64,000 bases of DNA from Candidatus Zixiibacteriota bacterium (GTDB lineage: Bacteria; Electryoneota; B3-LCP). Below the pieces are notes generated by a model. That model was not told the origin of the DNA. It did not search any database and saw only the letters and a list, made by a program, of their open reading frames with translations. The stretch's first letter is position 1; each line of letters begins with the position of its first letter. Location of the stretch: positions 14,584 through 78,583 of the forward strand of contig QZKQ01000083.1 of the NCBI GenBank assembly GCA_003599535.1. The letters run 5' to 3'. The position numbers and the translations under genes are program-made. Of this stretch, positions 31,360-41,386 are shown in pieces.

Positions 31360-31848
31360 CCATCTGGCGCCATGCTACGCCGATATTCGGCCCGGTAAAG
31401 CTTGAACCTCCGAGGCGTCCGGCAGGAATTCGCCCCTCACGGAGCAACGAATCTATTTCAGGATCACTTTTTCATATCCCTGCCACACCGCCGCCTGAAT
31501 CCTTCTTTTCCAGACACCCATCCTGGTGAGGCCTCGCCCGATCACCGGGCCGCGGACTGCATTCCCGGCCGGCCGCCGCGAGGCGCCGCATCGAACCTCC
31601 AAGCCATCCCGGCGCCGGCACAACCGTAGTCGGAGTCCAGCTTACCAAGCCGAAGTGCGCCTTGCCGGCCGGAGTCGCTCCGCCCGGCATACCGCCGCCG
31701 CAGGCCGCCGCTTTGCGCCGCGGGCGAGTCCTGCCGTTTGCGGATTTCGCGCCGCGATGGCTCTTGCTGCCGGGGCGCCTGAGGCCGCCGGACCACCGGG
31801 CCGGTTTTCGCACTCGAACCATCGTCTTCATCACCGGAGGGTACATTC

Positions 31849-32967
31849 ATGGCTGACCATATATTGATTACCGGAGGGGCCGGATTCATCGGGTCGCACC
31901 TGGCCGACGAACTGCTGTCGTCGGGATACCGGGTGCGGGTTTTGGATAACCTTACCGAGCAGGTCCACGGGCCCCAGCAGCAGCCGCCGGACTACCTGTC
32001 CAGCGACGTTGAGCTGATCATCGGCGATGTGCGCGACCCCGAGGCCGTGGAGCTGGCCCTGGAGGGCGTGGACGCGGTGTTTCATTTCGCCGCCATGGTG
32101 GGCGTGGGGCAGAGCATGTACCAGGCGCGGGATTACGTCTCGGTGAATGACCTGGGCACTGCCACGCTGCTGCAGGCCCTGATGCACCGTCCCCTGGAAC
32201 GCCTGGTCGTAGCCTCCTCCATGAGCCTTTACGGCGAAGGGATGTACGTGACCTCGGAAGGCCACCTGGTGGAAGGCCACCTCCGCAGCCTGGAACAGCT
32301 CCGCGATAATGACTGGAACCTGCGCGACGCCCGGGGGGAACTGATGATCCCCGTGCCCACCCCGGAAAGCAAGCCTCCGGCTCTGGCTTCGGTGTACGCG
32401 TTGACCAAGTACGCCCAGGAGCGCATGTGCCTGTTGATGGGCCAGGCCTACGGCATCCCCACGGTGGCGCTGCGCTTCTTCAACGCGTACGGCACCCGCC
32501 AGTCGCTCTCCAACCCCTACACTGGGGTGTTGGCCATTTTCGCTTCGCGGCTGCTGAACGAGCGCCGGCCGGTGGTGTTCGAGGACGGCCTGCAGAAACG
32601 GGATTTCGTCCACGTGCGGGATGTGGCCCGCGCCTGTCGCCTGGCCCTGGAGAGTGAGGAGGCGCCGGGCCTGGCCTTAAACGTCGGCAGCGGCCGCATC
32701 TACACCATCCTGGAGATCGCCCGGAAGCTGATCTCCATCCTGGGCCGGGAACCCCTGGAGCCGGAGATCAGCGGGAAATTCCGCACCGGCGACATCCGCA
32801 ACTGCTTCGCCGACATCTCCCTGGCTCGCGGCGTGCTGGGCTATGCGCCCCAGGTGCCCCTGGAGGAGGGCCTGGCGGAATTGGCCGAATGGCTGAACCA
32901 CCAGATGGCGGAAGATTACTTCGACGAAGCTCGCCGCGAACTTGACGCCCGGGGGTTGACGGCATGA
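31849..32967 (+). CDS. NAD-dependent epimerase/dehydratase (extended SDR, UDP-sugar 4-epimerase-like)
   Basis: N-terminal Rossmann motif ITGGAGFIGSHL. YxxxK catalytic region. ATGA overlap with the downstream gene. Confidence 0.8.
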   Translation: MADHILITGGAGFIGSHLADELLSSGYRVRVLDNLTEQVHGPQQQPPDYLSSDVELIIGDVRDPEAVELALEGVDAVFHFAAMVGVGQSMYQARDYVSVNDLGTATLLQALMHRPLERLVVASSMSLYGEGMYVTSEGHLVEGHLRSLEQLRDNDWNLRDARGELMIPVPTPESKPPALASVYALTKYAQERMCLLMGQAYGIPTVALRFFNAYGTRQSLSNPYTGVLAIFASRLLNERRPVVFEDGLQKRDFVHVRDVARACRLALESEEAPGLALNVGSGRIYTILEIARKLISILGREPLEPEISGKFRTGDIRNCFADISLARGVLGYAPQVPLEEGLAELAEWLNHQMAEDYFDEARRELDARGLTA

Positions 32968-35024
32968 CCGACGGTACCGTCACCCAAACCCGGCAGCGGT
33001 ATCCCCGCCGGAACGAACCCCGCCCCGCCCCCCGGATGGGGGTGGTGGAATGGTTCCGGCCGGGCGAATTTGAGCGGGTGGAGCAAGCCCTGGAACAGAT
33101 CAAGGCCCTCGGCCTGCGGGAATTGCGCACCGGAGTTTCCTGGTCGGATTACCACCGCCTGGAAGGCCCCTGCTGGTACGATTGGCTCCTGCCGCGGTTG
33201 TCCCGCGAAGTGAACGTCGTCCCCTGCTTCGTCTACACCCCGCCTTCCATTGGCTTGGCGCCGAAAATCTCGGCGCCGCCCAAGGATCCCAAGGCCTTCG
33301 CCGATTTCCTGGACATGATGATCACCCGCCACGACCGGGATTTCGAGTGGATCGAGCTGTGGAACGAACCCAACGACCTGAACAACTGGGACTGGCGGCT
33401 GGACCCGGACTGGATGCAGTTCTCCACGATGGTCGGCGGGGCGGCCTACTGGATCAAGCAGCGGGGCAAGAAGACAGTGCTGGCCGGCCTCTGCCCCACC
33501 GATCCCAACTGGCTGGCCCTGATGTGTCACCGCGGGGTTATGCAGTATATTGACGCGGTGGGCATCCACGTCTACCCGGGAACCCGGGAATTCCAGTGGT
33601 CCGGATGGAACGACCTGCTGGACAAGGTGCGCTTGGTGCTGCGGGTTCACGGCCATAACCCGGAGATCTGGATCACCGAAGCGGGGTACTCCACCTGGCG
33701 CCATGACGAGATCAACCAGGTGGAAGTATTCCTGGGGGGCTTGGAAGCGCCGGTGGACAGGTTCTACTGGTGCAGCCTGCAGGATCTGGATCCGGCGCTG
33801 CCCAGCATGGAAGGGTTCCATGTGGACGAGCGGCATTACCACTTCGGCATGGTCAAGGCCGACGGCACCCCCAAGCTGCTCTACCGCCTGCTGGCCAAGG
33901 GAGGCCTGGAGGCGGTACAGACCATCCATCAGACCGCCAAGGTGCCGCTGCTAATCCGTAGCGCGGAGAAGCCGGTGGTTATCACCGGCGGGGCGGGCTT
34001 CATCGGCAGCAACCTGGCCGACCGGCTGGCGCGGATGGGAAGGCGGGTCGTCATCTACGACAACCTGAGCCGCCCGGGAGTGGAGGACAATCTGCTGTGG
34101 CTCCGGGAAAACCACGGCGACAGCATCGCGGTGGAAATCGCCGATGTGCTGGACCCCTACACCCTGCGCTACGTCGTGCGCCAGGCCGACCAGATCTTCC
34201 ACTTCGCCGCCCAGGTGGCCGTGACCACCAGCCTGTCCGACCCGGCGGATGACTTCGACGCCAACGCCCGGGGAACCCTGAACCTGCTGGAGGCCATCCG
34301 GGCGATGCGCCGTCCGCCCCCCCTGGTGTTTACCTCCACCAATAAGGTGTACGGCAAGCTGGGAGGGCTGGAACTGGTGGAGAACGGCCGCCGCTATCTG
34401 CCCGCCGACGAACGCATCCGCCTGCGCGGGATTGACGAGAGCCAGGCCCTGGACTTCTACAGTCCCTACGGCTGTTCCAAGGGGGCGGCCGACCAGTACG
34501 TGGTGGATTACGCCCGGATCTACAATCTCCCGGCGGTGGTGTTCCGCATGAGCTGTATTTACGGCCCGCGGCAGTTGGGAACGGAAGACCAGGGGTGGGT
34601 GGCCCATTTCCTGATCAATGCCCTGGCCGGGGAGCCCATCACCTTGTTTGGCGACGGCAAGCAGGTGCGCGACGTGCTGTTCGTGGAAGACCTGCTGGAG
34701 GCGTTGCTGCTGGCCCAGGCCAGGATGCCCGCGGTCCACGGCCAGGCGTTCAACATCGGCGGGGGGCCGGGCAATACCGTCAGCCTGCTGGAAATCCTGG
34801 ACCTGATCGGCACATTGAATCGCCAACCGGTGGAATATTTTTTCGGTCCCTGGCGCCCCGGCGACCAGGCATATTACGTATCAAATATTGAACGCTTTCG
34901 CCGGGCCACCGGCTGGCGGCCCAAAATGGGTGTACTGGAAGGAGTATCGCGACTGCATCGCTGGCTGCGGGAATACCGTTTCCCCGCCACGGTCGAATCA
35001 CCATTGGAACTGGCAGCCGTTTGA
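32964..35024 (+). CDS. Two-domain fusion: N-terminal clan GH-A TIM-barrel glycoside-hydrolase-like domain plus C-terminal NAD-dependent epimerase/dehydratase
   Basis: N-terminal half carries the GH-A acid/base motif ELWNEPN and the nucleophile motif IWITEAGYS. There is no signal peptide. C-terminal half from about residue 345 starts VVITGGAGFIGSNLADRL and has the full extended-SDR layout. Confidence 0.65.
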   Translation: MTDGTVTQTRQRYPRRNEPRPAPRMGVVEWFRPGEFERVEQALEQIKALGLRELRTGVSWSDYHRLEGPCWYDWLLPRLSREVNVVPCFVYTPPSIGLAPKISAPPKDPKAFADFLDMMITRHDRDFEWIELWNEPNDLNNWDWRLDPDWMQFSTMVGGAAYWIKQRGKKTVLAGLCPTDPNWLALMCHRGVMQYIDAVGIHVYPGTREFQWSGWNDLLDKVRLVLRVHGHNPEIWITEAGYSTWRHDEINQVEVFLGGLEAPVDRFYWCSLQDLDPALPSMEGFHVDERHYHFGMVKADGTPKLLYRLLAKGGLEAVQTIHQTAKVPLLIRSAEKPVVITGGAGFIGSNLADRLARMGRRVVIYDNLSRPGVEDNLLWLRENHGDSIAVEIADVLDPYTLRYVVRQADQIFHFAAQVAVTTSLSDPADDFDANARGTLNLLEAIRAMRRPPPLVFTSTNKVYGKLGGLELVENGRRYLPADERIRLRGIDESQALDFYSPYGCSKGAADQYVVDYARIYNLPAVVFRMSCIYGPRQLGTEDQGWVAHFLINALAGEPITLFGDGKQVRDVLFVEDLLEALLLAQARMPAVHGQAFNIGGGPGNTVSLLEILDLIGTLNRQPVEYFFGPWRPGDQAYYVSNIERFRRATGWRPKMGVLEGVSRLHRWLREYRFPATVESPLELAAV

Positions 35025-35088
35025 GGGGGCATGCGGGCCCCGTGGCGCGCTGCCTGGCACAACGATTACCCGATGACCAGGAGGAGCC

Positions 35089-36252
35089 ATGTCGGACCAG
35101 AATAATCAGTTCAACCGCGAGGCCATTGCCGGAAACCCGGCCGCCATGCGGGTGCTCATGACCGTGGATACTTACGGCGGAGTCTGGGATTACGCCATGG
35201 AGTTGACCGCCCGCCTGGCGGAGCACGGCGTCCGGACCATCCTGGCCACCATGGGCCAGCCGCTGACTTCCGCCCAGGCCGAAGCGGTGGGAGCGGTGCC
35301 GGGCCTGATCCTGGAGCAGAGCCGCTTCAAGCTGGAATGGATGCCCGACGTGGGCGACGACGTGGAACGCTCCGGGCAATGGCTGCTGGCCCTGGAACAA
35401 CGCTTCCAGCCCGACCTGGTGCACCTGAACGGGTATTCCCACGCCCTGCTCCCCTGGAAATCCCCCTGCATGGTGGTGGCGCACTCCTGCATTCTGACCT
35501 GGTGGCAGGCGGTCAAGGGCACCCAGGCGCCGCCCGCCATGAATGCCTACAGCCGGATGGTGGCCCGGGCGTTGCGCAACGCCGACCGGGTGGTGACGCC
35601 CACCCGGGAGCTGCGCTGGGCCATGGAACGCTTCTATGGTCCGCTGCCCCATGTGCGCACCATCTGGAACGGCCGCCGCCCCGCCGACTTTGGTCCCCAG
35701 GAGAAGCAACCGATCATCTTTACCGCCGGACGGCTGTGGGATGAGGCCAAGAACGCCGCCGCCCTGGACGCCGTGGCTCCGCAGCTCGAGTGGCCGGTCT
35801 TCGCCGCGGGCAGTTGGCGCCGCCCGGACGGAAGCGGCTCTCCCCCCCGCCACCTGACCCACCTGGGAATCCTGCCCCGCCGGGAGATGAACGACTGGTT
35901 CGCCCGGGCGGCCATCTTCGCCGAGCCGGCTTACTACGAACCCTTCGGATTGTCCGTGCTGGAAGCGGCTCTCTCCGGCTGCGCCCTGGTGCTGGGAAAC
36001 ATTCCCACCCTGCGGGAGCTGTGGGAGGGGGCGGCCGTGTTCGTGCCACCAGGCGATGCGGCCGCGCTGCGGGAACGCCTGCTCGATTTAATCCGGGATC
36101 CCGAGGTCCGCGCTCACCTGGGGCGGCTGGCGCGGGAACGCGCGCAACGGTACAGCTCCGAACACATGGCCCAGGCCTATGCAGAGGTCTATTCCGACAT
36201 GGTGGCCCGCCACGCCGCCCGGGATGAAACCTCCATCCCGGCGTTGGCCTGA
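35089..36252 (+). CDS. Glycosyltransferase family 4
   Basis: GT-B fold with the C-terminal EPFGLSVLEAALSGCALV motif. Confidence 0.7.
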   Translation: MSDQNNQFNREAIAGNPAAMRVLMTVDTYGGVWDYAMELTARLAEHGVRTILATMGQPLTSAQAEAVGAVPGLILEQSRFKLEWMPDVGDDVERSGQWLLALEQRFQPDLVHLNGYSHALLPWKSPCMVVAHSCILTWWQAVKGTQAPPAMNAYSRMVARALRNADRVVTPTRELRWAMERFYGPLPHVRTIWNGRRPADFGPQEKQPIIFTAGRLWDEAKNAAALDAVAPQLEWPVFAAGSWRRPDGSGSPPRHLTHLGILPRREMNDWFARAAIFAEPAYYEPFGLSVLEAALSGCALVLGNIPTLRELWEGAAVFVPPGDAAALRERLLDLIRDPEVRAHLGRLARERAQRYSSEHMAQAYAEVYSDMVARHAARDETSIPALA

Positions 36253-36384
36253 AAAATTTTATTCGTGAACGGCCTTCCGACCCTCCTCCCGGCGCCCCTC
36301 CGCCGTATCAACAAATAACAGCCGTCCTGCTTTACTCCCTACCTCCCCCGGCTTGCTCCGTCATCCTACACAGAGGTATATATC

Positions 36385-37488
36385 ATGGAAATCGCCTTCT
36401 TTGGTTCCAGCCTGGTGTCGGCGTACTGGAATGGAGCCGCTACCTACTACCGCGGCATTATCCGGGCGCTGGCCGCCCTGGGGCACCGCGTCACCTTCTA
36501 CGAACCGGACGCCTACCAGCGGCAGGAATTCCGCGATATGGAAGACCCCGAATGGGCTCGCGTGGAGGTGTACCCCGCCACCGAGGACGGGGTGTACCGA
36601 TCCCTGGAAAAAGCCCGGAGCGCGGACGTCATCATCAAGGCCAGCGGCGTGGGCGTCTTCGACGACCTGCTGGAACGGTCGGTGCTGGAGTTGCAGGGTC
36701 CCGGTACTGCGGTGATTTTCTGGGACGTGGACGCTCCCGCCACCCTGGACCGGTTGCACCACAACTGGGACGATCCCTTCCGGACGCTGATCCCCAAGTA
36801 CGACCTGATCCTGACCTACGGCGGCGGCCCTCCGGTAGTGGTGGCCTACCGCTCCCTGGGAGCCCGGGATTGCCTCCCCGTCTACAACGCCCTCGACCCG
36901 CAGACGCATCACCCCGTCCCCCTGGAAGAACGCTTCGCCAGCGACCTGCTGTTCATCGGCAACCGTCTGCCCGACCGCGAAGAACGGGTGGAGCACTTCT
37001 TCCTGGAATCGGCGGCGCACCTGCCGCACCGGCGCTTCCTGCTGGGAGGCAGCGGCTGGCACGACAAGCCCATGCCCGCCAATGTCCGCTACCTGGGCCA
37101 CGTCTACACCACCGACCACAACGCCCTGAACAGTTCCGCCCTGGCGGTGCTGAACATCAGCCGCTCGAGCATGGCGCGGTACGGGTATTCCCCCCCCACG
37201 CGGATCTTCGAGGCGGCCGGGGCCGGCGCCTGCCTCATCACCGATAATTGGCAGGGCATTGACGAGTTCCTGGAGCCGAACAAGGAGATCCTGGTGGCCC
37301 GCGACGCGCACGAGGTGGTCGAGCATTTGCGGCGCCTGGGCCGGATGGAAGCCCGGGTCCTCGGCAAGGCGGCGCTCCAGCGGGTACTGGCGGAACACAC
37401 CTACGCCCACCGCGCCGCCCAGGTGGACGAACTGTTGCGGGGCGCTTCCAAGCAGCGCGCTCCCGCGCCCGTGGCGGAGTTCGCATGA
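36385..37488 (+). CDS. CgeB-family / DUF3880-type glycosyltransferase (paralog 1)
   Basis: Layout resembles spore-maturation CgeB-like GT-B enzymes: LLFIGNRLPDREE...IFEAAGAGACLITD. Clear paralogy with the next gene. Confidence 0.55.
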   Translation: MEIAFFGSSLVSAYWNGAATYYRGIIRALAALGHRVTFYEPDAYQRQEFRDMEDPEWARVEVYPATEDGVYRSLEKARSADVIIKASGVGVFDDLLERSVLELQGPGTAVIFWDVDAPATLDRLHHNWDDPFRTLIPKYDLILTYGGGPPVVVAYRSLGARDCLPVYNALDPQTHHPVPLEERFASDLLFIGNRLPDREERVEHFFLESAAHLPHRRFLLGGSGWHDKPMPANVRYLGHVYTTDHNALNSSALAVLNISRSSMARYGYSPPTRIFEAAGAGACLITDNWQGIDEFLEPNKEILVARDAHEVVEHLRRLGRMEARVLGKAALQRVLAEHTYAHRAAQVDELLRGASKQRAPAPVAEFA

Positions 37489-38606
37489 GCAGGCTGCGCG
37501 TGGTCATCCTGGGGCTGTCCATCACCTCCTCCTGGGGCAACGGCCATGCCGTGACCTACCGCGCCCTGGTCCGGGCGCTGACCCGCCGGGGGCATCAGGT
37601 CCTGTTCCTGGAGCGCGACAAGCCGTGGTACGCCCATAACCGGGATCTCCCCCACCCCCCCTTCGGCCGCACCGAGCTGTACGGCGGCCTGGAAGAGCTG
37701 CGCGACCGCTTTGCCGGGGAGGTGCGCGAGGCGGACCTGGTGATGGTGGGATCCTTCGTGCCGGAGGGGATCGCGGCGGGGGGCTGGGTCCTGGATCAGG
37801 CGCGCGGCCTGACCGCCTTTTACGACATTGACACCCCCGTGACCCTGGGAAAGCTGGAGCGAGGGGAGTGCTCCTACCTGGCGGTGCGGCAAATCGCCCG
37901 CTATGACCTCTACCTCTCCTTCACCGGCGGCCCGACGCTGGAGCGCCTGGGGCGGGAATTCGGATCCCCCATGGCCCGCCCGCTGTACTGCTCGGTGGAC
38001 CCGGAGCAGTACTTCCCCGAAGAAACCGAACTGCGCTGGGACCTGGGCTACCTGGGCACCTACAGCCTTGACCGCCAACCGGCGGTGGACCGCCTGCTGA
38101 CTCATCCCGCCCGCGATTGGCTGGAAGGCCGCTTCACCGTGGCCGGGCCACAGTACCCGGCGGACCTGGATTGGCCGGCCAACGTGGCCCGGATCGAGCA
38201 CCTTCCGCCGCCGGAACACCGCCGGTTCTACAACGCCCAGCGCTTCACCCTGAACGTCACCCGCGCGGACATGATTCGGGCGGGATGGTCGCCCAGCGTG
38301 CGGCTGTTCGAAGCGGCGGCGTGCGGCACGCCGATCATCAGCGACTGGTGGGAGGGGCTGGACCAGTTCTTCACCCCGGGGCGGGAAATCTTCCTGCCGG
38401 CCTCCCCCGCCGAAGTCCTGACTATCCTGCGGAAAATGCCCGAGGAGGTGCGCCGGACTGCCGGCCAGGCCATCCGGCGGCGGGTCTTTCAGACCCACAC
38501 CGCCGAGCACCGGGCGCGGGAACTCGAAGCCTTCGTTCTCGAACGGCAGACCCAAGTTGCCGGGCAGAGACAGGCGGCGGGATGGAGCACGGCGGTTTCC
38601 CCCTGA
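37485..38606 (+). CDS. CgeB-family / DUF3880-type glycosyltransferase (paralog 2)
   Basis: Paralog of the previous ORF: LGYLGTYSLDRQ...LFEAAACGTPIISD. 4-nt overlap with the previous gene. Confidence 0.55.
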   Translation: MSRLRVVILGLSITSSWGNGHAVTYRALVRALTRRGHQVLFLERDKPWYAHNRDLPHPPFGRTELYGGLEELRDRFAGEVREADLVMVGSFVPEGIAAGGWVLDQARGLTAFYDIDTPVTLGKLERGECSYLAVRQIARYDLYLSFTGGPTLERLGREFGSPMARPLYCSVDPEQYFPEETELRWDLGYLGTYSLDRQPAVDRLLTHPARDWLEGRFTVAGPQYPADLDWPANVARIEHLPPPEHRRFYNAQRFTLNVTRADMIRAGWSPSVRLFEAAACGTPIISDWWEGLDQFFTPGREIFLPASPAEVLTILRKMPEEVRRTAGQAIRRRVFQTHTAEHRARELEAFVLERQTQVAGQRQAAGWSTAVSP

Positions 38607-39340
38607 TCCCGGTCAGCGGGGCTCTGGCCCTGGCGCTGGCGCTCGTCCACCTGTTTGCCGGAAAGCTCCGTTTCCTCGACGTCATCCCCCGCAGCCGGTG
38701 GTTGTCCGCCGCCGGCGGTATTTCCGTCGGCTATGTCTTCGGCCATCTCCTGCCGGATATGGCCTCCCGGCAGCGACACCTGGAGAGAGTCGAGGCGCTG
38801 GACTGGATCCACGCGCTGGAATTCCACATTTTTCTGATAGCCCTGGCCGGCCTGGTGATCTTCTATGGGCTGGAGACGGCTGCCCGCAAGAGCAGGGCCC
38901 GGTCCAGCGGAGAATCGTCCCAGAAAAATGCCGCCGGCCCCAAGGTCTTCTGGCTGCACATGGCCTCCTTCGGCCTGTACAACGGGCTGATCGGTTACCT
39001 GCTGCTGAACCGGGAACAGCCGGGCTGGAGCAGCATGATCTTCTACACCCTGGCCATGTCCGCCCATTTCCTGGTCAACGATTACGGTCTGCGGCAGTAC
39101 CACAAGGCTCTGTATCACAAGCTGGGACAGTGGCTCTTGTCCGGTGCGGTGGTGCTGGGATGGATGGCAGGAACGCAGTGGCAGGTGAGCCGTGCCGTCG
39201 TGGCCATCTTCTACGCCTTCCTGAGCGGCGGCATCATCCTGAACGTCATCAAGGAAGAACTGCCGAAGGAGCGGGAAAGCCGCTTCTGGGCCTTCGCCCT
39301 GGGCGCGGCCGGGTACACCGCGCTGCTCCTGGCGACCTGA
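38582..39340 (+). CDS. Integral membrane protein, about 8 predicted TM helices, unknown function
   Basis: Start set at MEHGGFPLIPVS, in frame with ORF 38117..39340, whose upstream part was rejected. Conserved His and Asp in TM segments (GHLLPDM, HFLVNDYG) give a faint ZIP-like pattern, which is speculative. Confidence 0.5.
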   Translation: MEHGGFPLIPVSGALALALALVHLFAGKLRFLDVIPRSRWLSAAGGISVGYVFGHLLPDMASRQRHLERVEALDWIHALEFHIFLIALAGLVIFYGLETAARKSRARSSGESSQKNAAGPKVFWLHMASFGLYNGLIGYLLLNREQPGWSSMIFYTLAMSAHFLVNDYGLRQYHKALYHKLGQWLLSGAVVLGWMAGTQWQVSRAVVAIFYAFLSGGIILNVIKEELPKERESRFWAFALGAAGYTALLLAT

Positions 39341-39506
39341 AGAGGCCACGAACCAACTATTACAAGAGCTTGATTATTATGCATTTCACAGTGGGACCGG
39401 ATTACAATCCGATCCTTTTTTTTTCGTATCACTTGGGAATCGGAAGAGCGGCGGCGCACTTTCCCGGTTGGAGCCGCCGTTATTTATATTATTATGAGGG
39501 GATTCC

Positions 39507-40370
39507 ATGCCGGAGCAGAAAGAACAGAAACAACCGCCGCAGCACCAGCCCAAGCAGCCGGGGGAGATGGATCTGATGACCCCGGAGCCGGACTACGAGA
39601 TGAAGGAATACCGCGCGGCCGGCAAGCTGGAAGGGAAGTCGGCCATTGTGACCGGAGGGGACAGCGGCATCGGGGCGGCGGTGGCGGTGGCCTTCGCCAA
39701 GGAAGGGGCCGATGTGGCCATCGTCTACCTGGAGGAGCACGAAGATGCCCAGAAAGTCCGGCGGGAAGTCGAAAAGGCCGGCCGGCGCTGCCTGACCTTC
39801 GCCGGGGACGTGGGCCGGGAGGATTTCTGCCGCGAAGCGGTGGAACGCACGGTGAAGGAGCTGGGCCGCCTGGACGTCCTGGTCAACAATGCCGCCGAAC
39901 AGCACATGGCCACCGAACCGGAGGAGATCAGCGAAGAGCAGTTGGTCAAGACGTTCCGCACCAACATCTTCGCCTATTTCTTCATGGTCAATGCCGCCCT
40001 GAAGCATCTGCAGGAGGGCGCCGCCATCATCAACACTACCTCGGTGACAGCCTACAAGGGCAATCCCGTGCTGCTGGACTATTCGTCCACCAAGGGAGCC
40101 ATCGTGGCGTTCACCCGGTCGCTGGCGCTGATGCTGGCAGAGCGCGGCATCCGGGTCAACGGGGTGGCTCCCGGCCCCATCTGGACGCCGCTGATCCCGG
40201 CTACCTTCCCTCCGGACAAGGTGGCTTCGTTCGGGTCGAACGTACCCCTGGGCCGCGCGGGACAGCCCTCGGAGGTGGCCCCCTGCTTCGTCTTTCTGGC
40301 CAGCCGGGACAGTTCCTACATGACCGGGCAGGTGCTGCATCCCAACGGAGGCGAAATCGTCAACGGCTGA
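39507..40370 (+). CDS. SDR-family oxidoreductase (YhdF / general-stress-protein-39-like)
   Basis: Rossmann motif TGGDSGIGAA. N-terminal low-complexity extension, NNAA motif, YxxxK. Confidence 0.75.
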   Translation: MPEQKEQKQPPQHQPKQPGEMDLMTPEPDYEMKEYRAAGKLEGKSAIVTGGDSGIGAAVAVAFAKEGADVAIVYLEEHEDAQKVRREVEKAGRRCLTFAGDVGREDFCREAVERTVKELGRLDVLVNNAAEQHMATEPEEISEEQLVKTFRTNIFAYFFMVNAALKHLQEGAAIINTTSVTAYKGNPVLLDYSSTKGAIVAFTRSLALMLAERGIRVNGVAPGPIWTPLIPATFPPDKVASFGSNVPLGRAGQPSEVAPCFVFLASRDSSYMTGQVLHPNGGEIVNG

Positions 40371-40376
40371 GGCGGG

Positions 40377-41351
40377 ATGAAGCTGAAAACCATCTGGTCC
40401 ATCATCGAGACCGTGGTGAACGAGTGGAGCGCGGATAAAGCCTCCACCTGGGCGGCGGCGCTGGCCTACTACACCATTTTCTCCCTGGCTCCGCTCCTGA
40501 TTATCGCCATCGCGGTGGCTGGGCTGTTCTTCGGGGAGGAGGCGGCCAGCGGGGAAATCCTGCACCAGATGGATCAGTTGATCGGACCGCAGGGGGCCCG
40601 GGCCATCCAGGATCTGATTCAGAACGCGCGCCAGCCGGGGGCCGGGATCATTGCCGCGGTCATCGGTTTCGCGGTGCTGTTCTGGGTCGCTTCCAACCTG
40701 TTCAGCTCGATGCGCACGGCCCTGAATTACATCTGGGAAATCGCGCCCCGGCCGGGCAGCGGCATCTGGTGGTTCATCCGCGACCGGTTGATCTCCTTCG
40801 GTATGGTGCTGTCCATCGGTTTCGTGCTGATGGTGTCCATGCTCTTAAGCGCCACCATCGCCGCCATGGGCAATTACCTGGGCCGGCTGCTGAATATTCC
40901 GCCGGCGGCGCTCACGGTGATCAACTTTGTGGTCTCCTTCCTGGTCGTCACGTTGCTGGTCGCCATGATCTTCCGCTATCTGCCGGCGGCCCGGGTGCGT
41001 TGGAGTGATCTTTGGCTCGGCGCCGGGTTGACCGCCATCCTGTTCACCATCGGCAAGACCCTGATCGGTTTCTACCTGGGGCAGAGCGCGACGGCCTCCA
41101 CTTACGGGGCGGCCGGGTCGCTGGTGGTGCTGCTGATCTGGGTCTACTACAGCACCCAGATCCTATTCTTCGGGGCGGAATTCACCCAGGTGTACGCCCA
41201 GCGGTATGGGGCGGGCATCCCCACCACGGAAGGTGCAGTGCACATCGAACGGGGCGCCGAGAAGCACCTGGGCACCGGGCGAAAAGACGAGGAGAAGGCC
41301 GGGAGCGAGGCGGAGCGCAGACCGCGAGTGACGGAGGAGACGGAGGCCTGA
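40377..41351 (+). CDS. YihY/BrkB (virulence factor BrkB / RNase BN-like) family membrane protein
   Basis: AALAYYTIFSLAPLL... signature. 6 TM. Confidence 0.75.
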   Translation: MKLKTIWSIIETVVNEWSADKASTWAAALAYYTIFSLAPLLIIAIAVAGLFFGEEAASGEILHQMDQLIGPQGARAIQDLIQNARQPGAGIIAAVIGFAVLFWVASNLFSSMRTALNYIWEIAPRPGSGIWWFIRDRLISFGMVLSIGFVLMVSMLLSATIAAMGNYLGRLLNIPPAALTVINFVVSFLVVTLLVAMIFRYLPAARVRWSDLWLGAGLTAILFTIGKTLIGFYLGQSATASTYGAAGSLVVLLIWVYYSTQILFFGAEFTQVYAQRYGAGIPTTEGAVHIERGAEKHLGTGRKDEEKAGSEAERRPRVTEETEA

Positions 41352-41386
41352 TCGGCCGCCGGGGTAAAGGATAAGGAAAGCATGCG

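Noticed and set aside
33951-35862. Minus-strand ORFs 33951..34826 and 34780..35862.
   Set aside because: Antisense to the fusion gene and GT4.
38117-38581. Upstream 155-codon extension of the membrane-protein ORF.
   Set aside because: It overlaps the 3' half of the CgeB-like paralog in another frame, and is P/R/G-rich. The hydrophobic protein begins at MEHGG (38582).
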